DNA of 62,738 nt, filler included, from Nemertoderma westbladi (taxonomy: Eukaryota; Animalia; Xenacoelomorpha): the NCBI GenBank assembly GCA_032718475.1. It is 3 parts of 3 records of this genome, joined end to end, with 100 filler letters (N's around TTAATTAATTAA, not from the genome) between each part and the next. Parts side by side here need not be neighbours in the genome. Positions count along the whole stretch, not along the records: positions 1 to 31,666 come from JAUCBJ010004338.1; 2 more parts are not named here. One strand, written 5' to 3'. Positions within the stretch are counted from its first letter, which is position 1, and each line of letters starts with the position of its first letter. The notes below the pieces were generated by a model, which had not been told where the DNA came from, did no database searches, and was given only the letters and a program-made list of their open reading frames with translations. The position numbers and the translations under genes were made by a program. This document shows, in pieces, positions 1 to 13,472 of the stretch.

Positions 1-543
1 GACGGGATCCAGGAAGGATCCCGGTTTATCCGGTTGTTTAGTTCACGCGTCCCCGCCGTGTGTATGAAAGGTAAAGGGAGTTCGTGTCGTTCGTCGTAAA
101 TAATAACTGATATAGATATAGGGTATATAGATATAGGTATATGGATAATGTTGTCGTATACAGAAGGCGGGATACGGTAATTAAAGTCCCGGTCCTTCCC
201 TAGCTAAACTAACTAACCTAACTAGCACCAATATGATACTGAGATAACTGAACTGAAATGATTACTGCCAACTGGCTATATTGCACGGTTGGCCTTGTTA
301 CTCTACCTAATCGATGCCTTTCCCCCCTCTGATTGGTTGATACCCTTGTTGGCGCCCTTTGGAGTGTTTCCGTTCACTCCACCTGTTCTCTCTGGGTTAG
401 GGGTTTGGCCCCTGACCCTTATTGTGTGTTTCCTTCCCATTTTGTTGGGGTGGCACGAGTTGGTGGTTACCCAATCTCGTGGCCCCCAATATTGCTTATC
501 GGCTTAACTTTATGGGGTGTTAGCGGGATTGAATAAGCTAACA
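1..543 (-). repeat. 3' LTR (about 546 bp; last 3 bp lie outside the window)
   Basis: Matches 11299-11426 plus 13058-13472 with only about 2 visible mismatches (positions 3 and 99). Begins TGTTAGC on the minus strand. Confidence 0.95.
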
Positions 544-551
544 CTCCCCCC
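544..551 (-). other. Polypurine tract of the LTR element
   Basis: Minus-strand GGGGGGAG immediately precedes the TGT start of the 3' LTR. Confidence 0.8.
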
Positions 552-2067
552 ATGCTATCTTCCCGGTGAGAAGATAGCATCCACCTTAAGTGCGCTACAA
601 TCCCGCTGGATCCCGATCTAGTATCGGGTGTGGGGTGGAATTCTTTTCTCTCGGAGCCGGCTTTCCAGGCCGCTCCCTATGGGTATGATAACGCTACCCT
701 GTATGCCTGGCGTCTCATGTCGGGCCGATCGCGCTCACCTCTCACGCGACTTTTGTTTCCCCAACACTTTCGCCCTATCTCTTCTCCACTCTCACCCTAA
801 CTCTCTCATACCCTCGGACCTCCTCGTCCCTCACTCAGCCTCTTATTCTCCCCCCCCCACACACACTAGAATTGCGTCCGCACTCTCTCCGCACTTCGCA
901 CTATTACTCCGTTCCTCAACCCCACTTCGACTGCCTCATCCGTTCTGACGAATCTCCCCCCCCCCCCCCCCTCTTGTGCCGTCGCACTCAAGAGGTGTGA
1001 AATTGTCTGTTGTCTCGTCCATAGTGCCATAGTCAGTTTACCCCCCAGTCCCAGTAGCTAATTGAGAAAGGTTGTATGACTATAGTACTTACTCCGAACG
1101 TATGTATTTGTAGATTACTAATTACTACGTACGTACATACAAATTGCACTTATATGATTATTTGCATTAATTAAATTTGTACTTAATAGTTCGTACGTCC
1201 CACGCGGCACCTTCCAGGCGTACCACGTCCAAGTCTCAGTTTCTCTCCCCCCCTGGGAACCTATCTGTTCCTCTGTTCCTCGATGGGCGGCACCCCTCCG
1301 AACTCGTCGTCGTCTTCCTCCTCTGGCAGTGGCTCCAACCCCGGTATCCCGATGGATCCACTATGTCCCTTCCCGCCTTGGCTCTCGCCCGTAGCTCTCC
1401 ATCCCTCTAGCTCCTTTAACTTCCTTTGCGGTTGTTCGCCCTCGGCGCCCGCTGGTATGGGCATTGCTTGCAATCTCGACGTCGACTGTTTCGGTGATCC
1501 CACCGTCCATCCCAGTTCTCGCCCTAGAGACTCCCCCAACTCCCTGACGAAGTCCAATGAAGTTCGTCTAAGCCTGCCTGTTCCTCGAAGCCGTAACTCT
1601 GCGTCCTGGCCTCCTCTTCCCTCTCCTCTGCTTCTATCCTCTCCCGTCTAGTTTGCCTGCCATCTCGAACTCTGCCCGATCGTTCACCCGTAGGTGGTGC
1701 CTTGCCAAGGCGCAAACGTGATGAGTGATGGGTTTAGGTGGTTTAAGTTCAGTTCGATGGCCTATCTCTTTCTGAATTTCTGAGTTATTGCCTATTCTTA
1801 CTACTGTTACCATAATTTGTTCCCCTTTTAGCCATATTCTTATTCTAATTTTATTTTGATTTTAATCCTACTGTCCTATTACTTGCTACTGCCTATGGAT
1901 TATTCTATCTCCTAATCCACATTCTGGCCTACTCTGTGGGCCTGTGCAGTACAGCAGTATATGTCGCGCGGCCTACACGATCTATCCAACTGTACTCATA
2001 TGCCCCCCTCTCGCTACTAACTGCTAACTAATATCTATATCTTATATACCCTTCTACCTCTTACTCT

Positions 2068-2560
2068 CTCTCTAACTAACGGTACTACGTACCCTCTAAC
2101 TCTCTAACTAACAGTACTACGTACCCTCTAACTCTCTAACTAACGGTACTACATACCCTCTAACTCTCTACCTAATGGTACTACGTACCCTCTAACTCTC
2201 TAACTAACGGTACTACGTACCCTCTAACTCTTCTCTAACTAACGGTACTACGTACCCTCTAACTCTTCTCTAACTAACGGTACTACGTACCCTCTAATTC
2301 TCTTCTAACTAACGGTACTACGTACCCTCTAACTCTCTAACTAACGGTACTACGTACCCTCTAACTCTTCTCTAACTGACGGTACTACGTACCCTCTAAC
2401 TCTCTACTTAACTAGCGGTACTACGTACCTCCTAACTAACTAACTCTAGGTACTACGTACCTCCTAACTAACTGACTAACTCTAGGTACTACGTACCTTC
2501 TTACTGACTAACTAACTCTAGGTACTACGTACCTTCTTACTGACTAACTTCTGCCTACTA
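2068..2560. repeat. About 30-32 bp tandem repeat (ctaactaacggtactacgtaccctctaactct) in the retroelement 3' non-coding region
   Basis: Roughly 15 degenerating copies visible directly. Confidence 0.9.
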
Positions 2561-2701
2561 ACTGCGTACCTACTATGTACTATTATTTTATTTTTATTTT
2601 CTATTTTTATTTTCTATTTTTATGTGTGGGAAGGGCGTCTCGCCCTCAATCCCACCCCCCTCAGTCCAAAGCTTGGACGACTAAACTCATTACCAACTCC
2701 A

Positions 2702-5700
2702 CTAAGGTGCCCCTTCTAACAGACAGCATTTTCCTACTGCTCTCCTGTAGGTTTTTCTGTCCTTCACACCTATCTTACCACCTATCCGCACTTCTACCGA
2801 TCGGACTCTTCCGTCCTCGTCGGAGTAAGTGCCTACAACTCTCGCCAACCGCCACTGGTTGTTGATGATAGTATCATCCGTAACGATTACGAGATCTCCC
2901 TCTCTTAACTCCCTATTTGGCTTCCTCCACTTACTCCTTTTATGGAGTGTGGGTAGGTATTCCTCTACCCACCTCCTCCAATACTCTGCGCTTATTGCTT
3001 TAGCGACTTTCCAACTTTGGCGGGAGTGTATGTCATCTGGGTCTACACCCCGCATATCGATGGTCGCTGGCCTTTCCATCAGGAAATGGCTAGGCGTCAG
3101 CACGTCTAATGACTCAGGGTCATCATTCTCCGGGTATAGTGGTCTGCTATTAATGATCCCCTCGCACTTCGCAAGAACTGTCCGTAAGACGTCCTCAGTG
3201 ACCATGTGGGTGTTCATTAGCTTCGTCATTAGACGCTTTGAACTGCCCACCAGTCTCTCGACGCACCCTAGCGTATGTGGTGCATACGGCGTCCTTCTCT
3301 CCCACTTTACTTGTCATCGTCTCATGGCTGCCCTGACTTCTTCTCCTTCCAGGGTGTCCAAGGCCTCTGCCATCTCATTCTCTGCGCCCACAAAGTTGGT
3401 GCCGTTGTCGCTGTATATCACTGCGATCGTCCCACCTTTGCGGTCCCTAAACCTTTCTAAGGCATTAATGAATGCTGATGCGGTTGCATCTTGGGCGAGT
3501 TCTATCCCTACCGCCCGCGTGTTGTTACATACGAAGATGATACCGTAGCGTTTCTCCGTGTGCCGCATCACCTTGATCTTTATCGGCCCGAACATGTCCA
3601 CACCGCAATGCGTAAATGGCGGGTCGTGCTGTCTTACTGTATAGTGATACTGGTAGTGGCGCCATCTCTTGTATGGCTCGCTCCTTCTTCGCTCGTCGGC
3701 AGGTCTGGCACTGCCCCACCACCGCTTTTACCTTCTTCCTCAACTGTTTGACCCAAAAGGTCCTCCTTATCTCGGTGAGGGTTCGGTTGGTGCCCCCGTG
3801 CAATATCGACTTGTGGGAGTCCCAAATAATCTGGTGAACTATTGGCGATCCTGTTGGAATGATGATGGGTTTCGGTGGTATGATTATGCTGTTGTTGTAT
3901 CCCACCCTAGAATTCATTACTAGAATCCCGTCGTCATTAAGTTGTGGCGACAGCGTGATCAGCTCGCTGTCCCGTCGGAGGTGTTGTTGGTTACCGACGC
4001 GTTCTACCTCGTCACTATAGTTCTTCCATTGTTCATAGCGGATGATTGCCTTAGCCGCTCCTTCCAGATCTATGGATGTCTTGATCTTGTCTTTGCCAAC
4101 TCCCGCGAGGAAATTCCCGAAGGCTCTCCAATACGCCACTAGTTTCTTGGTCTTATACCAACTAGAACTGTAGCTGAGGAGTTTATCCGTCGGGTTATCG
4201 CACAGTTCTCGTCTTGGTTGCACGTCCCTAATCTCCCTCACCATCTGGGAGTATATCTCTTCTCCCTCTGAATCTCCTTCTTCTCCCTCTGACACTACTT
4301 CTGAGCCCGGGTCCACCTTCCTCATCGGTGGCCAGGCCTCCTTATCGCTCAGAAATTGTGGCCCATGTTGCCACAATACTTCCTTCTTCAAGAAAGTGTG
4401 GCGTACCACGCCCCTCGACAACAAGTCCGCTGGGTTCTCGTCCGTTGGGCAGTAGTGCCACCTTTCCAGTTCTGTGGCCGCCCTTATTTCGTCCACTCTA
4501 TTTGCGACGAATATTGGGTATCTTGTCCTTTCGTTATGTAGCCAACCAAGCACTACCATGGAGTCCGTCCAGTAGTGTGTCTCCACTATGTTGGGAATAG
4601 TGTCCACTAGGTAGGCTGTGGCCCTAACTCCTAGTCTTGCAGCTGTCAATTCTAACTTGGGAACTGATGCTGAATCTGGCGGCGTTGACTTTGCTTTGCT
4701 AAAGGCTAGTCTGGGCTTGTGAGCCCCCTCTCGTTGTACTAAATAGAGTGCCGCTCCGTATGCCTCCAACGACGCATCGGAGAACATGTGTAGGTCCAGA
4801 TTCGTCATGTTCCCATCCGGGAAATACACTCGTGGCATGTTGTATGTTCCCATCTTCTCCAAGTCTCCTGTCCACTTACTCCACTGTTTCTTGATCTCCT
4901 CTGGTACCTCTACGTCCCACTCATCCTTCAATTTGTATACTCTCTTGAGTATCTGTTTTCCCGCAACTAATAATGGGGATGCTAGGCCTAGGGGATCGTA
5001 TATCCTTGCTATATACGATACATAGCCCCTCTTCGTGTGGATGTCTGTGCCCTCCTGGCTCAGCTGATACTTCAGTTCGTCTGTCTCTCTGTTCCATACG
5101 ATTCCCAATGCCATCTGTTGAGATTCTGTTCTTTTAATCGCCATGTCCTGCCCTTTGGCTGTCGTGGGATTATCCATGGTCGATTCTGGTCTCTTGTCCT
5201 CTATCGCCTTGATAAATTCTTCCGAACTGGATTGGAATTTGGTCAGGTTAAAGCCGGATCCTTTTAGGATGTCGCGAACCTCGCGCCCCGTGTCCAGTAT
5301 CTCCTTAACCGTGTTTCCAGACTCCATCCCGTCGTCTACGTAGAAGCCGCGTCGAATCATATCGACGGCCCTAGCGCTGTATCTATCTTCCTTCCCCTTC
5401 ACTGTGTCTCTGACTGCCATAGTCGTCGTAAATGAAGACGACTTGGCCCCCATGTTTTGTACTACCATCTTATATGCTGGTATTATCGACGGTTCTTCCT
5501 CGCCGTTATACCATAAGAAGCGTTGACTGTCGCTATCTTCCTCCGTTACACGGACTTGGTTGAACATGCCTTCTATGTCACACGTGAAGGCGTGTTTCCC
5601 ATTCCTAAATCTAAGTAGGACCTCTATGCCCGAGTTGTATATGTTTGGGCCTTCTAACAGATAGTCGTTTAAGCATTTTCCATTGGTCTTTGCCGATGCG

Positions 5701-8700
5701 TCAACTACCATCCGCAGTTTACCTTTCTTTGGGTCTAAAGCCACGTGGAGTGGCAGGTAATATGTCCTGTCCGTGTTCGGTTCGTCGACCGGTAACTCCA
5801 CGGCCCATCCTTTCTCGACGTACTTCTTAATCGTTCTGTGGATGTACTCATTCTTCTCGGGGCTCCGTTTTAGTGTTTGTTTCAGCTTGCGGAGTCTCGT
5901 GAGTACCATCCCTCTATTATCGGGCAGTGGTATCTTCGGTAGTTTCCATACCATTCCTATAGTATACCGCCCCTCATCGCAGGTCATCAATTCCTCCACA
6001 CTTTGTAAAGCCTGCTTGTCTTCTACCGAGGTCCCGACCCCGGTCTCTTTTAGTCCCTCGAAATCTCGTCTGAGCAGTCTTTTAAGCAGCTCCTCTGCTC
6101 CCTCATCACCCATTTCCTGCATTGTTCCCGCGAACATGCATCCTGATGTCTCCGACATCCTAAATGGTATCTTGCTCTTGATTGGGCCACTCAGCGTCCA
6201 CCCGAATGGTGTCAATATCGCCACCGGATCACACTGCTTGTCTTCGCCGAAGACCGTTTGCATTCTTTCGTGGGCCATTGGGCAGTCCATTCCTACTATG
6301 ATGGATACCTTCCTAACGTCCACGTCTGGGATTGAGAAGTCAATGTCGTCCAGGAATTTATATTGCTTGACCTCGATGTTGGTTGGCCGCCTGGCATTGA
6401 TATTAATTGACTCTATTACTTGGATGGGGTCGATGGTTGCCCCATAGTCGCATCCCGGTGCCACTGCTGCAATTGCGCACCGCCCGGTTCTCATCTCCAG
6501 GATCTCATCTTTGCTAGAGATGGTTGTTACCGCCATTCTGCTTGGCCTCGTTCTCAATCCTATCTCTTCGGCCACCCATTCCTCGACTAATGTGAAGGCA
6601 GCTCCACTATCGACCAGCATTAGTGTTGTTACTGATCGATTGCCTTCCCCAATCACTCGCACGGGTACTACTCCAAGTAACACCGTTCCTCACTTCTTCG
6701 CCCCTACTGTGCTCGTCGCCATCGTCTGGCCTCTCCTCTGACCAAACTTTACCGGCCTCTCCTTGCATTCCCTTGCTCTATGTCCACTCATCACACATCG
6801 CGAGCAGATTTTATTGCTCAACGCATAATCTATCTGATCTTGCCTAGGTAGCGCCTGCCAGTACCTGCAGTTCATGGTTTGATGAAGCGCATTTGCGTGT
6901 AGCTGGCATTTGCTCTTTGGGTCGTAGCCCTCCTTATACAGTGCATCGCCTATCGCAGCTGCGTTTGTACCAAAGTCCCTACTATTCTTATTGTTTGGAT
7001 TCGGCCTACTGGACGTATTGGGGTTATATTTATTTGTGTTGTTATTATTCCCCTGTCCGTTCCATGGTGTGGTCTCACTTTCGGCTATCTGTGGACTTGC
7101 AGTCCCCTGCGTCGCTGCATATGGCAATGATTGCCTGAGCCTCGGTAATGCGTTTGATGTGTTGTGCTCTGGTTTCGGTCTATGGTAATCCGTCTTTGGT
7201 CCCTTTCCCAGGCTATCTTCGCTATAGACTGGGTCAGTTATTAGTTTAGCCTCGTAGTTTAAGAAGCTTGACATTTCTTCTAAACCCGGCTACGCACCCT
7301 TCCTATCTCGAGTGGAGAAAGCGATTTTCCTCCACTTGTTGCGCAACCACATCGGTAGTGCCTGCGCTATCGTGGTGATGTTGTTGGACGCGTTGAGTTC
7401 GTATGGCGCGTCAAGCGTCTTTAACACGATCAGCGCCTTCTCAACCTTGTTCGCAAATGTCTTAATGCTAACGGGATTATCCTGTAGGCCACCCGATGTT
7501 ATGCCTCTCAGTGTCTGCCTGATGATCTTGGCCGGGTGCCCGTATTCCCTATCCAGTGCCCGCCATGCTGTCGTGAAGCCGCCCTCTATGCCTTGATATT
7601 GCCTCACGATGTCGTATGCTGGGCCTCCCGTGTATACTTGCAGATATTTTAGGCACTCCGCCTGCGTCAAGTTCTTTGTCAGTATTTCGTTACTATACAT
7701 GCGCCGAAACTGTAGATATTCTTCCGGCCTACTCCCATCGAATTTGAATGGTTCCACGGGTGGTAACTCGATCCTCGTTTTCAACGCATCGATCAACGTG
7801 GCCATCCCCTTCGCCTGCGCTTCCAATGGATTCGATGGATGCTGTATGGTTTCTCCTGTCTGGTGCGGTCCGTCCGTCCTATTTCTTGACTTTCTTTGAC
7901 TTGGGTATGTTATTGGGGGTAGCGGCCCCCTCCATATTTCTGTATCACACGACCTATTTTCATCCAAGGGACTCGTTGTTCTTGCTCCTATCGGGGTATA
8001 TTGTTGATATTGTGATGGGGGAATGTCATCCTGTCCCCCCCCCACCGGTATGTTTGGTACTGGGGTTGATGTTAATATGTTGGGGCCCCTACACCTATGC
8101 GCAATAATTCCCCCCTCCCCTGGGTATATGTTATGTCCCTGCATGCTGTAGTCATACTGCTGTACTGGTACCGGTATAGGCCTATCAGCTTCTGGCCTAC
8201 CCGCCGGTATGTATTCCGCGACTTCCGGGTTTAATCACGTCGTCCGCGCTATCCTATCGCCTACATTGCCTCTGTCAGTATGGCCTATGGTATGTGCAGT
8301 AAGGCCTACAGTATGTCCTACAGTCTGCATGTGTCGCTCGGGATCGAAGTTTATTCTTCTCGAATAGTCCTCTCCGTGGCTACCGTACTCTCGATCGGTA
8401 GGTATATTCCGTCGGAAAGTTTCTCTTCGACCCCCCTCTCTACTGTTCTCATCTTCGTACCAGTACATCGCGTACCCCTCCATCGGCGCGTGATGTGCCT
8501 CGCCAGGTCGCATCTCTCCGGGGCGATGGCAATCTCCCGGAGTCCGACCCCACTGACTCTCCGTTCTCATCTCAACCACCGACGGCTCGCTATCCGTCCT
8601 CGCTCTTTCATCGTTCGCGGCGATACTTCTACTACTGTCTTCTCTTCTCCTCCTTTCAGTGGAGTATTCCCACTCGCGAGATCTCTCGTCGACCTCCCGG

Positions 8701-11225
8701 TTAAACCCCACTGTTCTTCTTCCCTCTTCTGATCGGGCTCGACGCTTCGTCCGCCCTCTCACGACGTCAACCTGTCTCTCTCTGCTCGGTCGCACGCCGC
8801 TGGGGATACTCGCAATCCCCCTATTACTCTCCGTCGCCGGGTGTTGCGGTTTACCTATTTTGGCCCGCGCATTATCCGCTGACGGCTGTGGGACACTCTC
8901 TGCCCCCCCCTTTTCGCCGCTAACTCGCGGTTGTGGGGCCCCTGTAGCCCCCCCCCCCCACTCGCCACATCTAGCTTCGCTATCTCTCACCCCGCTACCA
9001 TATCCCTCTCCAGTCGACACATCAACCCTACCGCGGTCGGGTCTATTCACCCCCGCCTCTCCCTCTGCTATTGCGTGGCCTACCAGGCCCTCTACTCCCT
9101 GCCTACCAACTACGTGGCCTACCAGGCCCTCGCTGGGTCTATCCAACCCAGCCACTCCCTGCCTATCAACTACGTGGCCTACCAGGCCCTCGCTGGGTCT
9201 ATCCAACCCAGCCACTCCCTGCCTATCAACTACGTGGCCTACCAGGCCCTCGCTGGGTCTACCCAACCCAGCCGCTCCCTGCCTACCAACTATACGGCCT
9301 ACCAGGCCCCCGTCTGCCTGGCTATACACGCCCGACGTGTTCACGTTAATAGCACCCATATTGGAAACGGAATTAATTTGTTCGTTTGGAACAAAATCAT
9401 TTGAATTATTTTGTAAATTCGGGCTTGGATCATTATTTAAATTATTTGAATTATTATTATTTTCTAAGTTTAAATTATTATTCGGATTATTTTGCACGTT
9501 CAAATTGAAATTATTATTTGTATTTAAATTTAAATTACTGCTACTAGGTAAAGTATTATTTGCTGCAATAAAGGTTTGGTTAGAGTTATCCCATACGGTA
9601 CTATTAATATTAACGACGTCTACTGTAGCATTATTGTTATTACCCCCCCCCCCCCCACCCGTACGGTCACACCAGTTTTGGGTCTGTCGTGCGGTCCCTG
9701 TAAGTGGGGTATTAATAAGTGTATCCACGGCCCCCGGCTCCTCGGAAATACTCGAGCCGGCCCCGCTCTCAGACGTCCCCGCCCGCGCCAGTTGCAGCTC
9801 GCGCGTGCATCTAATCTTATGCCCCATAAGCTCACTTTGGCGTCTCTCTAATTCTTTTCGCTCACACTCCTCCCTTGCCATTCTCTCCCTACACTCCCGT
9901 TCGCTTTGCTCGGCCAATTCCAACTCTTTTCTAGCTCCCTCCCTTCGTCTCGCCTCACGCTCTCTGCGTTCACCCTCCTCTCTCACCTCTCGTTCTTTGC
10001 GCTCGTTTTCCTCTCTCGCCTCACGTTCCCTACGTTCCGCCTCACGCTCTTTGCGCTCGTTTTCCTCTCTCGCTACACGTTCCCTACGTTCCACCTCACG
10101 CTCTCTGCGCTCGTTTTCCTCTCTCGCTACACGTTCCCTACGTTCCGCCTCACGCTCTTCTTGTTCCCTCCTCTCTGTTTCCTCACACTCCCTAAGGCTT
10201 TTCAAAGCCCTTTCGGCCCTCTCTCCGGTTTCTCTAATCAATGCCGTTTCCCTCTCTAGCCGCATTCTCCCCTCCTCTAACTGTTTATCCATTTCCCTCT
10301 GACCTTGCTCTATCAGGTCGAGATGGTACGCGGCATTTATCTCTCTCACCCGTCTTTCTTTCGCGGAGGATGTAGCAGACTTATCGGTTACGACGGACTC
10401 CCTCCGCCTTCCCGACCTACTGACTTTCCCCCACCTCCCGGAACTTCCTCCGACCGACGAGGCCGAATCCTCGGGGTTAACCTCGGATTCGCCCCCCTCA
10501 GGTCTCTCCCAACCCACTAATTTTAGTCCCCGGGCATCGACTAAGTACGGCCCTACGTACACTACGCTAGGTTCCATACCCCTATACCGCCACAAGTCAT
10601 ACAGTTCCTCGGCAACCCCTCTCGCTCTCTCTTCGGCCACTTTTCTCTGTCCGAATCGCATTAAATAGTTAAAATGTCTATTCGACTCACCTAGTCCTTT
10701 CTTTAGTTTTACCTTGTCTATCGTCGCCCCTCCTCTCCGGGTTGTGATGTAGGCCCGTCGAAGTCGCTCAGAAACCCCGACGTCCTCGTCGCCGACCTCT
10801 CTTCCGTCTCTCCGGGTCCGGCGTCGTACCGTCGGCCCCACCGTCGCCGTTTCGGTGGGCCGCTCGTCGCCCTCGGCCTGTGGCTGGCCGGCGACATCGG
10901 TACCGACATCTCCTCCGTCTCTTCGGGTCCGGCGTCGTACCGTCGGCCCCACCATCGCCGTTTCGGTGGGCCGCTCGTCGCCCTCGGCCTGTGGCTGGCC
11001 GGCGACATCGGTACGTCGACCCACGTCTCGTGTCGACTCGTCTCCGTCTCCCTCCGTCTCGCTCTCTCCTTCTCTTGGCTCGACCTCGGGTTCCAGGCGG
11101 CCCCTCTCATCCTGGACTGCCGGATGACCCGTTACCGATGGGTCCGGCGTTGTGGGCCTGTAACGCCTGATCGTTAATTCTTCGTCCGGGGTCCGCGTCG
11201 GTGTTATCTCTCCCGACTGACTCAT
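2702..11225 (-). pseudogene. BEL/Pao gag-pol polyprotein (about 2840 codons) broken by 4 in-frame stops and 1 frameshift
   Basis: ORFs 8235-11225, 7290-8144, 6690-7274 and 3525-6683 share one frame, separated by single stops at 8235 (TGA), 7290 (TAG) and 6690 (TGA). A frameshift near 3620 restores PPFTHCGVDMFGP, and there is a further TGA at 3314. Motifs: FDGSRPEEY (Pao Gag), CSRCVMSGHRAREC knuckle, LVDSGA protease, YVDD RT, FSDAS...ELTAA...WTDS...NPADLLSRG RNase H, HHCC plus SDNGTNF integrase, and C-terminal WRLARV. Confidence 0.93.
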
Positions 11226-11295
11226 CTCGCTTGGTAATTGGTGGCTGGTGGTTACTGAGTTTAGTTGACCAGGGGAACAGCTCGGATTTAATTAC

Positions 11296-13472
11296 TGTGA
11301 TGGGATCCAGGAAGGATCCCGGTTTATCCGGTTGTTTAGTTCACGCGTCCCCGCCGTGTGTATGAAAGGTAAAGGGAGTTCGTGTCGTTCGTCGTATATA
11401 ATAACTGATATAGATATAGGGTATATGTGAGGTTTGATCAAGAAACCGACCTACGGTTACAAAAAATAATTTTGTGTTTTTTTATTGATTCAAATACACA
11501 TTTTTATGCTGAATCGAACACTGAAAACAGATTTTAAATCCGATAAAGTGTTGTCGAGATATTGAGTTTTGAAAATTAGTAGTCTTATGACCAAATATTA
11601 ACAAAGTTTTGAGAAAAACGCCTTTCAAGTTATGAGAGTTTCAAACGTTCCCGCCAATTTTCTGTAATTGGGGGGATTTTCAAATGAAAACTTTTACGAT
11701 ATTTCAAAGCAGACTTGTAAAAAATTAGGTATATACGTCAGAATTCTGATACACATCAGTGAATGGACCTTAGGCGAAAATTTTTTAATTTTTATTTCTA
11801 TTGGAGGTCACTCTGTCTGTTTGTATGAATACTTGTCTGTTTGTCAGTCAAAAATGTAACAAATAAATAAATAAAGCACCACCACCTACATTTTTTTGCT
11901 ATTGGGTTTTTATTTGCCGATGATTTCAAATACGATGTCGGTTTTCACTATTTACCGATTCTAGACGATTGTTTGCATGTCAGTCAGTCTGTCTGTTTTT
12001 GGTATGTCTGTATGTCTGTTAAAATTTAAGAAGCGCACAAACTATTCAAAATTTGTGTTATGGGGTTTTTCTGGGTGGTGATAACATTTAAAATGTCACT
12101 GGGTGGTAATTACAGTTAAAATTTCACTTTTTCAGTTTGAAGAAATCTAGACGTTCTGTCTGTTTGTCTGTCTGTCTGTCGGTCGGTTTGTCTGTAAAAA
12201 TTGAGAACTAAATCAAATTAACAAACAAATTTATTTATGGGGTTTTCATGGTCGGTGATTTCATTTCCGATATCTATTTTTACTTTTGATTGATTATTTA
12301 ATTTGTACGTCTGTCTGTCTGTCGGTCTTTCTGTCTGCTTGTCTGTCAAAATTGAGAAATATCTCAAATTAACAAACAATTATGGGGTTTTCTTGGTCGG
12401 TGATTTCATTTCACCCAAAAGCAAAACATTTTGTTAGATCTCATGTTTCCTTAATTTTTGACAGACAAACCGACACACAGACAGACAGACAGACTGACTA
12501 ACACGACTTCAGACAGTCAGGATCGCGTCAAACCCATAAATCGACATTGGAAATGGAATCGCCTTCCGAGAAAACCCCCAAAGCAAAACATTTTGTTAGA
12601 TATCATGTTTCCCTAATTTCTGACAGACAAACGGACACACAGACAGACAGACAAACAGACTGATCGACAGTCTATAATCTGTCAGCCGTGGAAAGTAACA
12701 ATTGAAATGAAATCACTGAACAGGAATACTCATAGCAAAAATTATCCTGTAGGACAAATACAATTATAGTATTTTGAAAAAGTAATACTGTTACTGAATC
12801 TTACAAATAATTGGTCACTTATTTATAATAATTTAAAAATGAGTGAGGTCTACAAAAAATCAAATAACTCCAAAACTAATATAGATATGAAAATTTCGTT
12901 TACAGTTTCAGAATTAGCAAAAAATTCTGATCTAGAAAAAGTAAAAAAATAAAATTCGATATTTTAATACCAAATGAACTATTTTGACTTCAACCTCTAA
13001 TTATGTGAAATAATATTTTGCAACGGTAGGTCGATTTCTTGATCAAACCTCACATATAGATATAGGTATATGGATAATGTTGTCGTATACAGAAGGCGGG
13101 ATACGGTAATTAAAGTCCCGGTCCTTCCCTAGCTAAACTAACTAACCTAACTAGCACCAATATGATACTGAGATAACTGAACTGAAATGATTACTGCCAA
13201 CTGGCTATATTGCACGGTTGGCCTTGTTACTCTACCTAATCGATGCCTTTCCCCCCTCTGATTGGTTGATACCCTTGTTGGCGCCCTTTGGAGTGTTTCC
13301 GTTCACTCCACCTGTTCTCTCTGGGTTAGGGGTTTGGCCCCTGACCCTTATTGTGTGTTTCCTTCCCATTTTGTTGGGGTGGCACGAGTTGGTGGTTACC
13401 CAATCTCGTGGCCCCCAATATTGCTTATCGGCTTAACTTTATGGGGTGTTAGCGGGATTGAATAAGCTAACA
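11296..13472 (-). repeat. 5' LTR, split by a nested DNA transposon
   Basis: 11296-11426 and 13058-13472 together reproduce the 3' LTR. Confidence 0.95.
11427..13053. mobile_element. Non-autonomous TIR DNA transposon (1627 bp) nested in the 5' LTR
   Basis: About 30-bp TIRs (gtgaggtttgatcaagaaaccgacctac / gtaggtcgatttcttgatcaaacctcac). Comparison with the empty site in the 3' LTR shows an ATAT duplication, or TA if the termini are TGTG...CACA. No transposase. Internal inverted ctgtctgtc/gacagacag and ggggtttt/aaaacccc blocks. Confidence 0.93.

Larger units (their letters stand above)
1..13472 (-). mobile_element. BEL/Pao-family LTR retrotransposon, near full length, defective
   Basis: Direct LTRs at 1-543 and 11296-13472 (the latter interrupted) with TG...CA ends on the minus strand, and a polypurine tract next to the 3' LTR. 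Internal domain order is Gag, zinc knuckle, protease, RT, RNase H, integrase, with Pao-type motifs. Confidence 0.95.

Noticed and set aside
8659-10302. 547-aa plus-strand ORF antisense to gag
   Set aside because: Mirror of the low-complexity purine-rich gag frame; no independent motif.
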